Both the position numbers and the translations under genes were made by a program. DNA of 64,000 bases from Candidatus Poribacteria bacterium (GTDB lineage Bacteria > Poribacteria > WGA-4E > WGA-3G), in the NCBI GenBank assembly GCA_003635195.1, contig PYIY01000203.1, positions 781 through 64,780 of the forward strand, read 5' to 3'. Positions 1 to 8,984 of this stretch are shown one piece after another; within the stretch, counting starts at the first letter, position 1; each line of letters starts with the position of its first letter. The notes beneath the pieces are model-generated. The model saw only the letters and a program-made list of their open reading frames with translations. It did no database searches and was not told the DNA's origin.

Positions 1-322
1 GGCATTATGCCACAGCGTCCCGGAGATTCATCATTCCGATCAAGGCGTGCAGTATCTTTCAAAAACTTATATCGCAACACTCCAAGCACATGGTGTTGAG
101 ATTTCCGTCGCCCGTCGCGGACGGCCTTGGGAGAACGGATATGCTGAAAGACTCATCCGCACGCTCAAAGAGGAAGAAGTTGACATCAATGAGTATCAAA
201 ACATCACCGAGGCGAGAGATCGCATCGGACAGTTTATCACACAAGTCTATAATCAGAAACGCCCACATTCAGCGTTAGGGTATTTGACACCTATGGAATT
301 TCAACGAAGAACCTTATCTTAA
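1..322 (+). mobile_element. IS3-family-like DDE (rve) transposase, C-terminal part; 5' end off-window
   Basis: The frame is open from nt 2 and reads ..EIHHSDQGVQYLS.. (the HSDQGxQY DDE block). It continues with RGRPWENGYAERLIRTLKEEE and KRPHSALGYLTPMEF, the integrase-core C-terminal signature. Stop TAA at 320-322. Confidence 0.75.
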
Positions 323-324
323 CT

Positions 325-606
325 TTGCGAAATTGTGGTCTAAATAAGCGTATGCACTTCAATTTACGGTCCCTTCAAGCGCACCCATCGCCATCGGCTG
401 ATGCGACAGCTGCCTATTCTACAGATTCAAACGCCCCAGAATGTCCCGTGCTGCCTTTCCCAATCGGTACAACCCTGAAGGAGATGGAGAAGTCAATTAT
501 CTTGGCAACTTTGGCGCGCGAAGACGGGAATAAATCAAAAACGGCGGCGGTTTTGGGGATTAGCCGGGGCACCTTGCGCACCAAGTTACATGCCTATAAT
601 GAATAG
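325..606 (+). pseudogene. Fis-type HTH C-terminal remnant of a sigma-54-dependent activator (alternative: stand-alone Fis-like protein)
   Basis: C-terminus is TLKEMEKSIILATLAREDGNKSKTAAVLGISRGTLRTKLHAYNE, the NtrC/Fis HTH pattern. It is preceded by a P/S/A-rich linker. No AAA+ or receiver domain is present. The ORF opens 3 nt after the transposase stop with only a TTG start and no RBS. Confidence 0.45.
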
Positions 607-645
607 GGTTTTTGTCAAAGCGCGCTTCCAGCTGAACGATTTGCT

Positions 646-706
646 TTGGACAAATTTTTACCAGTTCTTTGGACAAAATTTGCCCAATTGGACAAATTTT
701 TACCAG
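646..706 (+). promoter_or_regulatory. Array of TTGGACAAA sites (candidate enhancer/UAS)
   Basis: TTGGACAAATTTTTACCAG occurs at 646-664 and 688-706, 19/19 identical and 42 bp apart. TTGGACAAA-A-TTTGCCCAA at 669-687 is an 8/9 dyad. An inverted TTGGACAA lies at 816-823. Confidence 0.4.
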
Positions 707-748
707 CTGAAAAAATGGCGAGATCTCGGCAGGGTGCGGTTTCTCATA

Positions 749-765
749 TTGGCATGATATTTGCT
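749..765 (+). promoter_or_regulatory. sigma-54 (-24/-12) promoter
   Basis: TTGGCATGATATTTGCT matches YTGGCACGrNNNTTGCW at all but one position, with correct GG-N10-GC spacing. It lies 45-100 bp downstream of the repeat array. Confidence 0.6.
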
Positions 766-1021
766 ACTACTATAATGGACATTTCCTTGAAAACGCAACG
801 CCCACAAGACAAGAATTGTCCAAACTTTAGTATAAATAACAAAAAACTTGACTTATTATAATACAATTGCTGGTTGTAAGTTTAAGCGAAACCCAACATC
901 TCACTTTTATCAAACTCACGTTACAATAAAGTTCCTTTATTGCAGGATCTGTTAGATTGTGGCTTTATGGAACGTGATCCGTTTATATCAAGCTCACGTT
1001 TAAGATCATCTAATTTGAGAG

Positions 1022-1822
1022 GTGATTGATTGTATGTTACGCGATGTTTTTCCAAGCAAAGCGATCCTCATAGGAATCATTTTCTTTGGCATGGTTGTCG
1101 GCGGAACCCAACTTTATTATTGGCATGTCCGACGCACTGGTGAAGCTGAGTTGGAACGGACAAAGCAGATGGTGCAGGCACTCGAAGAGACGGAAAAAAA
1201 ACGCCCTGCTACGAACGCTGACGTTCCGATTGATACCTATACATCTGATACATCGGAAATGCCTATTGTTTTCAATGACACGCAGCCGATGGCTGAGGAG
1301 CGGGAGGCCTTACCGAGCAGCGAAGCAGAGAGTGATGAGTTGTTGGACGCTTTTTTAGTTGATGAAATACTGTCAACAGAAGGAACCGACGAAGTGCTGG
1401 TCTCACCCTTTGGTTTTGGAGCGTATCCAGAAGTGCCACCCGATTTTCCTGAACGTTTTATGCCTATATGGACATGGTCAGATGAAAAGAGAGCGAAAGC
1501 CGGGAGCAGCGAGATAGACTTTGAGTTGATGCATCGTGTTCTCATCAAACTCTGGAACCAAGGCGACCGCAGTTTCATTGGAGTAAAACGACAAGACCAC
1601 GACGGCAAGGTTTATCCTATCTATCGAAATGTCATGTACGTTGTGAATTGGATAGAGCGCCGAAATGGCACAGTTCGGCTCCCCGCTTCGTTTTTTGGAC
1701 AATCTGATGAAGACATCAGCGTTGTAGATATAATGCAATATGAACGCATTCCTACGGGTATTACCTTCATAGATGCTCATACAGAAGGATACGATCCTTA
1801 CCAATTTTTAGGTTTGCAATAG
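1022..1822 (+). CDS. hypothetical membrane-anchored protein
   Basis: 266-aa ORF. The likely start is ATG 1034, behind GAGAGGTGA. It has one N-terminal TM (AILIGIIFFGMVVGG), an acidic linker and a conserved-looking C-terminal domain. I recognise no family. Confidence 0.6.
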   Translation: MIDCMLRDVFPSKAILIGIIFFGMVVGGTQLYYWHVRRTGEAELERTKQMVQALEETEKKRPATNADVPIDTYTSDTSEMPIVFNDTQPMAEEREALPSSEAESDELLDAFLVDEILSTEGTDEVLVSPFGFGAYPEVPPDFPERFMPIWTWSDEKRAKAGSSEIDFELMHRVLIKLWNQGDRSFIGVKRQDHDGKVYPIYRNVMYVVNWIERRNGTVRLPASFFGQSDEDISVVDIMQYERIPTGITFIDAHTEGYDPYQFLGLQ

Positions 1823-1831
1823 GAGGAAAAC

Positions 1832-2206
1832 ATGTTTTTTTTACGCAGCTTAGGGATAATGATACTTTGCTTATTCTTGATATCCATCACTTATATATTA
1901 GTAGATGCAGCAGCACCACAGACAAGTGATGATGATACAGATAGTTACTACGTTCCTGCAAATCCGAATGAACCATTTGACGCATTAAACGTGTTTAAAA
2001 TACGCCACATTGCTTGGGCCTACGCGAAAAATACTGACCCTGAACATAATGTCGGTTGGTATTCTGTATGGGCGGAAGTCGATAAGGATAGATATCGTAA
2101 TGGTGGCACCTACACAGGAATACTAAATGAACATGCATATAAGGAGAAAGATCGTTTCGTCTGGCAAGCAGCACTATCTATGTTTTCTGATTCTTTCTGC
2201 AATTGA
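1832..2206 (+). CDS. hypothetical small secreted/membrane protein
   Basis: AGGAGG sits 6 nt upstream of the ATG. N-terminal hydrophobic signal is LGIMILCLFLISITYIL. It starts 9 nt after the preceding gene. Confidence 0.6.
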   Translation: MFFLRSLGIMILCLFLISITYILVDAAAPQTSDDDTDSYYVPANPNEPFDALNVFKIRHIAWAYAKNTDPEHNVGWYSVWAEVDKDRYRNGGTYTGILNEHAYKEKDRFVWQAALSMFSDSFCN

Positions 2207-2414
2207 CGCTTAAGAACAACACCCAGAAAATCCGAACTAATACCTGTTTTACTATATCAGGACGGACACAATGCGTAATGAATTACGCGACTACGAACCA
2301 CATGAGTTTTGAAAAACACCCGTTCTTCCAAGGTGCTTTTGTTAGTAGTAAAACGATTTATCGCCTATTTGCGTCCGTCGTATATAAAGGTTTTACGCAG
2401 CGATGTTTGAAAGT

Positions 2415-3347
2415 TTACGACTTCATCCTCCCCAAACTTGCCGGTGGGCGCGATGTCCCTACGAACCCGACCAGCACGACCATTGTTAAAATATAGGGGA
2501 GACTGTGTAGCAGTTGTCCGGGGATGTTCCATCGGTTTGCGAGTTCTAAGGCGGTGGCGAGTCCAAAGAGGAAACACGCTGCTACGCCGCTTAACGGTCG
2601 CCAGTTCCCGAAGATGACAGCTGCAAGCGCAAGATACCCCCGCCCGGCTGTCATTCCCTTTGTGAAGTAGTGGACTTCGGATGCTAGGAAACATCCGCCT
2701 GCTCCTGCTAAGAGTCCACTTAATAGTATCCCAAGATATTGCCATTTCGCCCGGCTTAGACTCAGTGCCGCCAGTGCTTCCGTTGATTCGCCTGCCGCAC
2801 ACAATCGTAAGCCCCACGGCGTTTTAAATAGAAGAATATGGCTTGCCACCATCAATACTGGTAACAAATAGACTATGAAACTATATGAACCGATGAGTGG
2901 CAGCTGCCAGTGCGGAAGTCCTCCTACCTGTTTAGAGGGAGGTAAAAGATATTCTGTGATCCCTAACGCCAAAATGTTGATGCCTATTCCGGTGACAACC
3001 TGCTCGGCGTGAAACGTAACCGTTGCAATAGCATGTAACAAAGCCATTGCTACCCCGAAACTTATGCCGACAAGCAATCCGATCCATATTGAACCGGAAC
3101 CTTGTGTGCCGATAACGTAACCGAAGGCACCCATCAGCATCATGCCTTCTAAGGCGAGGTTGATGACCCCGGCGCGCTCTGAATAAATACCGCCGAGTGC
3201 AGCAAATCCTAAAGGTGTCGCCATTCGCAATGTACTTGGAATCATTTTAATTTTCCTTGCGGTTCGGTGAGGCATGTTTAGATTTTGACGCGCCTTTCCG
3301 TAGAACCGCTCTCCACTTCGTTTCGAGCTAAGTCTTTTTTTTAACAA
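2415..3347 (-). CDS. ABC transporter permease, Bmp/nucleoside-type (second permease)
   Basis: ATPLGFAALGGIYSERAGVINLALEGMMLMGAF is the motif of BPD_transp_2 permeases, and the protein is polytopic. The first 34 codons lie inside the 100-bp tandem repeat, so the real start may be ATG 3245. Confidence 0.85.
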   Translation of the reverse strand: MLKKRLSSKRSGERFYGKARQNLNMPHRTARKIKMIPSTLRMATPLGFAALGGIYSERAGVINLALEGMMLMGAFGYVIGTQGSGSIWIGLLVGISFGVAMALLHAIATVTFHAEQVVTGIGINILALGITEYLLPPSKQVGGLPHWQLPLIGSYSFIVYLLPVLMVASHILLFKTPWGLRLCAAGESTEALAALSLSRAKWQYLGILLSGLLAGAGGCFLASEVHYFTKGMTAGRGYLALAAVIFGNWRPLSGVAACFLFGLATALELANRWNIPGQLLHSLPYILTMVVLVGFVGTSRPPASLGRMKS

Positions 3348-3457
3348 GCAAGTTCCTTGCGGTTCGGTGAGGCATGTTTAGATTTTGACGCGCCTTTCCG
3401 TAGAATTGAAGAAACACCCCAGCAAATACCCTCCACTTCGTTTCGGGCTTAGTCTCC
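3253..3457. repeat. Tandem duplication of an intergenic repeat element
   Basis: 53 bp are identical at 3253-3305 and 3353-3405, an exact 100-bp offset. CTCCACTTCGTTTCG(A/G)GCT(A/T)AGTCT is repeated at 3311-3335 and 3431-3455. The second unit carries an extra GAAGAAACACCCCAGCAAATACC word. Confidence 0.9.
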
Positions 3458-3473
3458 TGTTTCAAAAAAGTGT

Positions 3474-4553
3474 CTATTTTCGTGAAATACCTTCTATGCA
3501 AACCAACCAGATAATCAGCATACCTTGACCGGCAAGGAATAGACCGCGCGGGATCCCCAACAAAATATCGATATCCAAAGCGACTTTGTTCAGTAATCCG
3601 AATAACACGGCTGCAGATAGAATACCAAAAGGGTTATTTCTCCCTAAGAGCGCGACCGCTATGCCAGTAAAGCCCCAACCTGATGAAAAGTTATCCAAAT
3701 ATCGGTAACGGTATCCCATCACCTCAGCGACACCGGCTAATCCAGCAACTGCACCGCTTAGTGCCATGACCCATACAGTCACAGTACGCGGGTTGATCCC
3801 CCCATAAGAGGCGACATCGCGAGCATTTCCTACCAAACGGAGTTCGTATCCCCAACGCGTATAGGTCAAGAAGATATAGCAGAGTACAACAGCCCCGCAG
3901 GCAATCAGGAAACTCGCGTTTAATGGGTTGCTTTGCGGGAGGAAGGGAATTAAAGATGCCAATCGTGGGATTCGTGCCGTTTCATGAATCTGTGGAGTCT
4001 GCGGAATCATCTGTCCTTGTTCTTGGTAGACTGATGTGACGAGATAGTTCATGAGGGCGAAAGCGATGAAGTTCATCATAATTGTATTGATAACTTCATG
4101 CGCACCGTATCTTGCCTTTAAAAAACCCGGTATCGCACCCCACCCGGCACCAGCAATCATCGCTGCTCCTATACAAAGTGGGATCAGTAGGAAAGCAGGC
4201 AGGTTTAAGTGCATACCGACCCACGCAGCAGCGAATGCGGCGACGTAGAGTTGCCCCTCACAACCGATATTAAACAGACCACTTCTATAGCCGATAGCGA
4301 CAGCGAGTCCTGTAAACACCAAAGGTGTCGCGTTGAATAAGACATATCCGAATTCATCAAAACTCGCGAACCCGCTGGAAAGAATGATCTTATAAAATTC
4401 CAGTGCGTCTTGCCCGCGGAAATGGACGACAATCCCACACGAGAGAAAAAACACAAAGATAGCGAGCAGCGGAGGTATACAACTTAGGAAAAATTTTCTG
4501 GATTGAGACGTTTTGTCTCCAACCAGCGAGACAAACAATTTTCGGATGTTCAA
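3474..4553 (-). CDS. ABC transporter permease, Bmp/nucleoside-type (first permease)
   Basis: 359-aa polytopic protein. FNIGCEGQLYVAAFAAAW and the C-terminal GFTGIAVALLG blocks are typical of the family. Confidence 0.85.
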   Translation of the reverse strand: MNIRKLFVSLVGDKTSQSRKFFLSCIPPLLAIFVFFLSCGIVVHFRGQDALEFYKIILSSGFASFDEFGYVLFNATPLVFTGLAVAIGYRSGLFNIGCEGQLYVAAFAAAWVGMHLNLPAFLLIPLCIGAAMIAGAGWGAIPGFLKARYGAHEVINTIMMNFIAFALMNYLVTSVYQEQGQMIPQTPQIHETARIPRLASLIPFLPQSNPLNASFLIACGAVVLCYIFLTYTRWGYELRLVGNARDVASYGGINPRTVTVWVMALSGAVAGLAGVAEVMGYRYRYLDNFSSGWGFTGIAVALLGRNNPFGILSAAVLFGLLNKVALDIDILLGIPRGLFLAGQGMLIIWLVCIEGISRK

Positions 4554-4577
4554 GAGTTTTCGGTCTCTTTACTAAAT

Positions 4578-4607
4578 TTGACAAAAGTTCTCAGGACGTG
4601 TTATTAT
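4578..4607 (+). promoter_or_regulatory. sigma-70-type promoter candidate
   Basis: TTGACA (4578-4583), an 18-nt spacer, then TG-T-TATTAT (4599-4607). It lies about 95 nt upstream of the DegT-family gene. Confidence 0.4.
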
Positions 4608-4703
4608 ACATGATGTTATTACCAGCAAGATGCCTGTTAGTATAACACAGACATCGGATTAAAACAAATCGCTGATTATTCAGAGGATAGCGAGGAGCGC
4701 ACT

Positions 4704-6116
4704 ATGGAGAGAAACAGAAGTGAGTCATCTGATCATGAAAGTAACGCAACAGGTCTTCCTGCCGTTTTGGGCGGAACGCCAGTCTTTGAAATAACACCTG
4801 ATGCACCCTATCCACAACTTGACCAGTGGCAGCAAATCACTGAGGAGGAAGCACAGGTCGTTTATGAGATGACACTTCGGAATGAACTCTCAGGTACCTC
4901 TACGACTGTTCAGGAGTTTGAGCGTATTTGGTGTGAACGCCATAAAACCGAATTTGCTTTGAGTCTGACCAACGGTACGGCAGCCTTACATAGCGCAATG
5001 TTTGGGCTCGGTGTCGGTCCCGGCGATGAAGTGATTTGTCCAACTTATACATGGATGGGGTCAATTACGCCAGCACTCACCTTGATGGCAACACCTATTT
5101 TCTGTGAGGTGGATCCGGGAACACTGCTTATTGATGTAGATGACGTTCGGCAGCGCATTACGCCACGAACTAAGGCGATCATCGCGGTGCATCTGTGGGG
5201 TAATGTCTGTGATATGGACGCACTCATGGCACTCAGTGATGAGACAGGCATACCTGTCATAGAGGACTGCTCACATGCGCACGGTGCCTCTTACAAAGGG
5301 GTGCCGTGTGGAAGCATTGGGCAGGTAGGGGCGTGGAGTTTACAAGGCAACAAGTCGATCAGCGGTGGTGAAGGGGGGATGCTTGCTACCAACGACGTGA
5401 CAGTTTTTGAACGGGCGTGTCTGCTGGGTCAAGTCAATCGTTCTCCTAACGTTGAAGGAGAAGCAGCAGAGGCATTACAATACGCGCATCTTCCACCGAT
5501 GGGACTCGGCGTTAAATTTCGTGCCCATCCGCTCGCTATCGGTATCGCTTCGGTGCAGCTGAAAAAGCTTGATGCCCTCAATGCCAATCGTCGCGCTTAT
5601 ATACAAGAAATTTCCGATGGATTACAAGAAATTTCGGGCGTTTCTCCTATTGAGACTTATGGAGGAACTGAGCCAGCTGGATTCTATGGGTTTCCTATCC
5701 GTTACCATGAAGATGAGATGCATGGGCTGCCTGCCCCGCTATTTGCTGAGGCACTCCGGAGAGAAGGTGTATTGGCAAACAATAACCCCTATCCGCTTCT
5801 TGTTGGAGATGGCATACCACTTTTTTCAGGAAGTCTACCGACCAATAGCAATCCGTATCCGCTTCTACATACTTTGCCGCTCTTCACGCATGGACTTGAT
5901 ATCTACATGAATGGTCGAGGCTCTCTCTGTACACCGGATATGGGGGGAACATTTAAAGGTTATACTGCAGGAGATTTACCTGTGACTGAGAAAGCTTGTT
6001 CGCAGCTGATATTTTTACCTTTATTGACGAAACCGGTAGCGGGTGCCGCGTCGCGAATCCTGACTGCTATTCGTAAAGTCTCTTTACATAGCCATTCGAT
6101 AGCTGCGGGTAAGTAG
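4704..6116 (+). CDS. DegT/DnrJ/EryC1/StrS-family PLP aminotransferase
   Basis: LTNGTAALHSAMFGLGVGPGDEVICPTYTW block, HLWG, and the Lys context SLQGNKSISGGEGGML. Confidence 0.85.
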   Translation: MERNRSESSDHESNATGLPAVLGGTPVFEITPDAPYPQLDQWQQITEEEAQVVYEMTLRNELSGTSTTVQEFERIWCERHKTEFALSLTNGTAALHSAMFGLGVGPGDEVICPTYTWMGSITPALTLMATPIFCEVDPGTLLIDVDDVRQRITPRTKAIIAVHLWGNVCDMDALMALSDETGIPVIEDCSHAHGASYKGVPCGSIGQVGAWSLQGNKSISGGEGGMLATNDVTVFERACLLGQVNRSPNVEGEAAEALQYAHLPPMGLGVKFRAHPLAIGIASVQLKKLDALNANRRAYIQEISDGLQEISGVSPIETYGGTEPAGFYGFPIRYHEDEMHGLPAPLFAEALRREGVLANNNPYPLLVGDGIPLFSGSLPTNSNPYPLLHTLPLFTHGLDIYMNGRGSLCTPDMGGTFKGYTAGDLPVTEKACSQLIFLPLLTKPVAGAASRILTAIRKVSLHSHSIAAGK

Positions 6117-6122
6117 ACAAAG

Positions 6123-7841
6123 ATGTCAACAGAATTTTCAGCCCGCACTCGGGCAAACAATATTAAAACGCTCAGCACTGAACCTTTGGATGTTTTGGTT
6201 ATTGGTGGTGGTATCGTTGGTGCGGGTTTAATTCGCGATCTTGCCCTCAACGGGGGTATCAAAGCAGGCTTAATTGAACAGGGCGATTTCGCAAACGGGA
6301 CAAGTAGTGCGACCTCGCAGCTTGTTCACGGGGGTTTTCGCTATCTGCTTAGACGCGACATTGACCTCGTTAAGAAATCGCGCAAGGAACGAGAGATTCT
6401 CCGCCGCATTGCCCCGAATCTTGTCAAACCGATACCCATCGCACTGCTCAATTACAAAGGGGATCCCTACCCGTTGACGGGGATCCAACTCGCTGCACAT
6501 TACTACAATCGTCTCTTTAAAGCAGATGAAGCGGAGAAAACAGTCGTAATTCGTGACGTGCAAAAAGTGCGAGGTTTGGTTGGCACCATTGCCACTGATA
6601 CACTAAGAGGATGTGTCCTATTATGGGATAGCATGGTTGACGACGCAAGATTGACACTCGCGACACTCAAAGATGCACACCGGCACGGTGCCATTATCAC
6701 AAATTATGTCCGTTTCCTCGATTTTGTCGAGCAATCGGATACTGTTGCTGGAAATCGGGTGTCAAGGATAGCTGCTGAAGATGTTATTTCCGGACAGCGT
6801 TTTGAGATAACTGCTCGAAAAATTGTAGCAGCAACAGGGCCTTGGAGCGACGAAATATGGTGTAAAGATCCGAGTTACGATGGCGTTCCACGCTTGCTGA
6901 CGAAAAATGCGAAAGGTATCCATCTCGTCGTGCCTCGCTGCGGAAAGCAGCACGACTCAGAAGCGTACGGGCTGATTGCCTGCACACGTTCAGAAAAACA
7001 ACGCAAACGTAATCCGCGTGTTATTTTTATTTTGCCCGGTGCCCACAATACTTCTATTGTCGGGACCACTGAAACTACGCCCCAAGAGGCACTCGAATCA
7101 GTCCGCCCATCAGCAGATGAAACAGACTATCTACTTTCAGAAACGCGACGTATTTTTCCAGATAAATCTCTTGACAACGACGCGATCATCGCTGCGTATG
7201 CTGGTACCCGGCCCCTCATTGCAGCAAACAGATACAAGCGAGGCGTTGCAAGAACGGGTTTTGTTTCAAGGGATCATTTAATCACAGAGAGCCCAAGCGG
7301 TGTCATGTATCTCTATGGTGGGAAACTCACCACACACCGCCAGATGGCAGAAGAGACGGTAGACCACTTGGCAACGTTTTTGAATGTCCCGCGCCATTGT
7401 AAAACGGATACTGTTCCGTTGTTGAATGTATCAGCCGAGGCATTGTCCCGAGAGTCCACACGCGACTCTCGTACCGGAAACGCAAATCACGCTTTGCTGT
7501 CGAGTGTTGACACGGAACGCCTCATTAAACGCTATGGAGATGGGTATCAGAAGATTCTTAAGTTTATCAACGCCGATGCCGCGCTTGCTGAACCGATAAC
7601 CTCGTCTTTACCTTTCATGAAAGCCGAACTTCTTTACGCCTATTGGGGCGAGATGGCGATCACGTTGGACGACCTTCTTTGGCGACGTACCCGAATCGGT
7701 TGGACACCCGGTCAAGGGCTTGACATTGCGCCCCAAATCGCACAATTCGTAAGTGAGAAAAACAATTGGGATCAAGTGAGGACCACAGCAGAGGTTGAGG
7801 CGTATCGCGAACACATTCGGTGGCTGAATTTTTATCTGTAA
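6123..7841 (+). CDS. glpD: FAD-dependent glycerol-3-phosphate dehydrogenase/oxidase-like
   Basis: N-terminal dinucleotide fold DVLVIGGGIVGAGLIRDLALNG. GTSSATSQLVHGGFRYL block. 572 aa with a C-terminal helical domain. Confidence 0.75.
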   Translation: MSTEFSARTRANNIKTLSTEPLDVLVIGGGIVGAGLIRDLALNGGIKAGLIEQGDFANGTSSATSQLVHGGFRYLLRRDIDLVKKSRKEREILRRIAPNLVKPIPIALLNYKGDPYPLTGIQLAAHYYNRLFKADEAEKTVVIRDVQKVRGLVGTIATDTLRGCVLLWDSMVDDARLTLATLKDAHRHGAIITNYVRFLDFVEQSDTVAGNRVSRIAAEDVISGQRFEITARKIVAATGPWSDEIWCKDPSYDGVPRLLTKNAKGIHLVVPRCGKQHDSEAYGLIACTRSEKQRKRNPRVIFILPGAHNTSIVGTTETTPQEALESVRPSADETDYLLSETRRIFPDKSLDNDAIIAAYAGTRPLIAANRYKRGVARTGFVSRDHLITESPSGVMYLYGGKLTTHRQMAEETVDHLATFLNVPRHCKTDTVPLLNVSAEALSRESTRDSRTGNANHALLSSVDTERLIKRYGDGYQKILKFINADAALAEPITSSLPFMKAELLYAYWGEMAITLDDLLWRRTRIGWTPGQGLDIAPQIAQFVSEKNNWDQVRTTAEVEAYREHIRWLNFYL

Positions 7842-7889
7842 ATGGAGTTATCGGTTATCAGTTAAGCGTTTGGCAAGGAAAATCAAAAA

Positions 7890-8885
7890 ATGGAAGTTTA
7901 CCGCTGGGAAGACCGGAAATTTGGAAAACTTGAGCCACTGCGCTTTGGCGCAGAGCGTGACTTTGAGGACCTTCTCGAAAAGGATGCGACGCTCATCCTT
8001 GGTGAATCTCTCTGCGTTATTAGTAGACAACCACCGCTGAGTACATCAAAGCAAAAAATTGACCTACTCGCGCTTGACCGGCAAGGTAATTCCGTGATTA
8101 TTGAACTCAAGCGCGGTAAACCTTCAAGGACAGCAATCACCCAGATTTTAGAGTATGCTGCTGGCGTTTCTCAGCTCTCTTTTATAGAATTAGAGCAGCT
8201 CGCTTACCGATGGTGCCTGCAGCAGGGCAAAGAATTCTCAACACTTACCGCGCTGCATAGCGAATTTTTTGGATATGAACCCGGTGATATCCGCAAATCC
8301 GCGTTCAATCAACGGCAGCGGCTGGTCCTTATTTCGGAGGGCGTGGACACGCGGGTTTTAGAGGTCGCTGAATATCTGCGGGCATTGGGACTGGATCTCA
8401 CTTATATATCTTATTTTTCTTATCACGCGCCTGATGAAATTCTGGTCGCAACCGAAACTGTTCTCGGAGGGACAGTCGTCAAGGAGGAAGAACGGAGTTA
8501 CGGCAGTGCTACACAACAATTTATGACGCTCGCGTCGTTTATTGAGACGCTACAGGTGAACGAGGAACTCCTACAAATCGCCAACGAATTTTTAGCGTAT
8601 GTTGACACATGCGGTGCAACGCTTCGCCCGCGTATCGCGAAACTCCGAATGACCATCGGTGGATGCTGGTGGCTTGATACGTACCCTTCAAGAAGAGCCA
8701 CCCATTTCAGGGTGGATGTCCACGGGGACTTCACACCGCTGCATATCGTTGAGTGCAGAGCCAACTTGCCTAACGTAACGGTCAAAAATTTCGGTATCTC
8801 TTTCAACATCGCTACTAAAGCACATCTGGATTATGCGATTGAAATTTTTGAACGTGTTCGGAATTCTATTCTATCTTCCTTATAG
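7890..8885 (+). CDS. NucS/DUF91-like PD-(D/E)xK nuclease-fold protein with uncharacterised C-terminal domain
   Basis: IDLLALDRQGNSVIIELKRGKPSRTAITQILEY carries the D..E-x-K core followed by the Q..Y helix. Confidence 0.5.
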   Translation: MEVYRWEDRKFGKLEPLRFGAERDFEDLLEKDATLILGESLCVISRQPPLSTSKQKIDLLALDRQGNSVIIELKRGKPSRTAITQILEYAAGVSQLSFIELEQLAYRWCLQQGKEFSTLTALHSEFFGYEPGDIRKSAFNQRQRLVLISEGVDTRVLEVAEYLRALGLDLTYISYFSYHAPDEILVATETVLGGTVVKEEERSYGSATQQFMTLASFIETLQVNEELLQIANEFLAYVDTCGATLRPRIAKLRMTIGGCWWLDTYPSRRATHFRVDVHGDFTPLHIVECRANLPNVTVKNFGISFNIATKAHLDYAIEIFERVRNSILSSL

Positions 8886-8955
8886 TCTTTTGAGAACTGA
8901 ACGTTGGAATGAATTATCTTTCCAATGATGCCATCTTCGTCAGAAACCCGTTTTT

Positions 8956-8984
8956 TTGACCAACAACTCGGCTCCGAATATAAT
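8956..8984 (+). promoter_or_regulatory. sigma-70-type promoter
   Basis: TTGACC (8956-8961), a 17-nt spacer, then TATAAT (8979-8984). It lies 65 nt upstream of the VWA gene. Confidence 0.55.

Noticed and set aside
646-861. 71-aa ORF MDKFLPVLWTKFAQLDKFLP...
   Set aside because: It is translated straight through the TTGGACAAA repeat array and the sigma-54 promoter. The repetitive peptide is a by-product of the DNA repeats.
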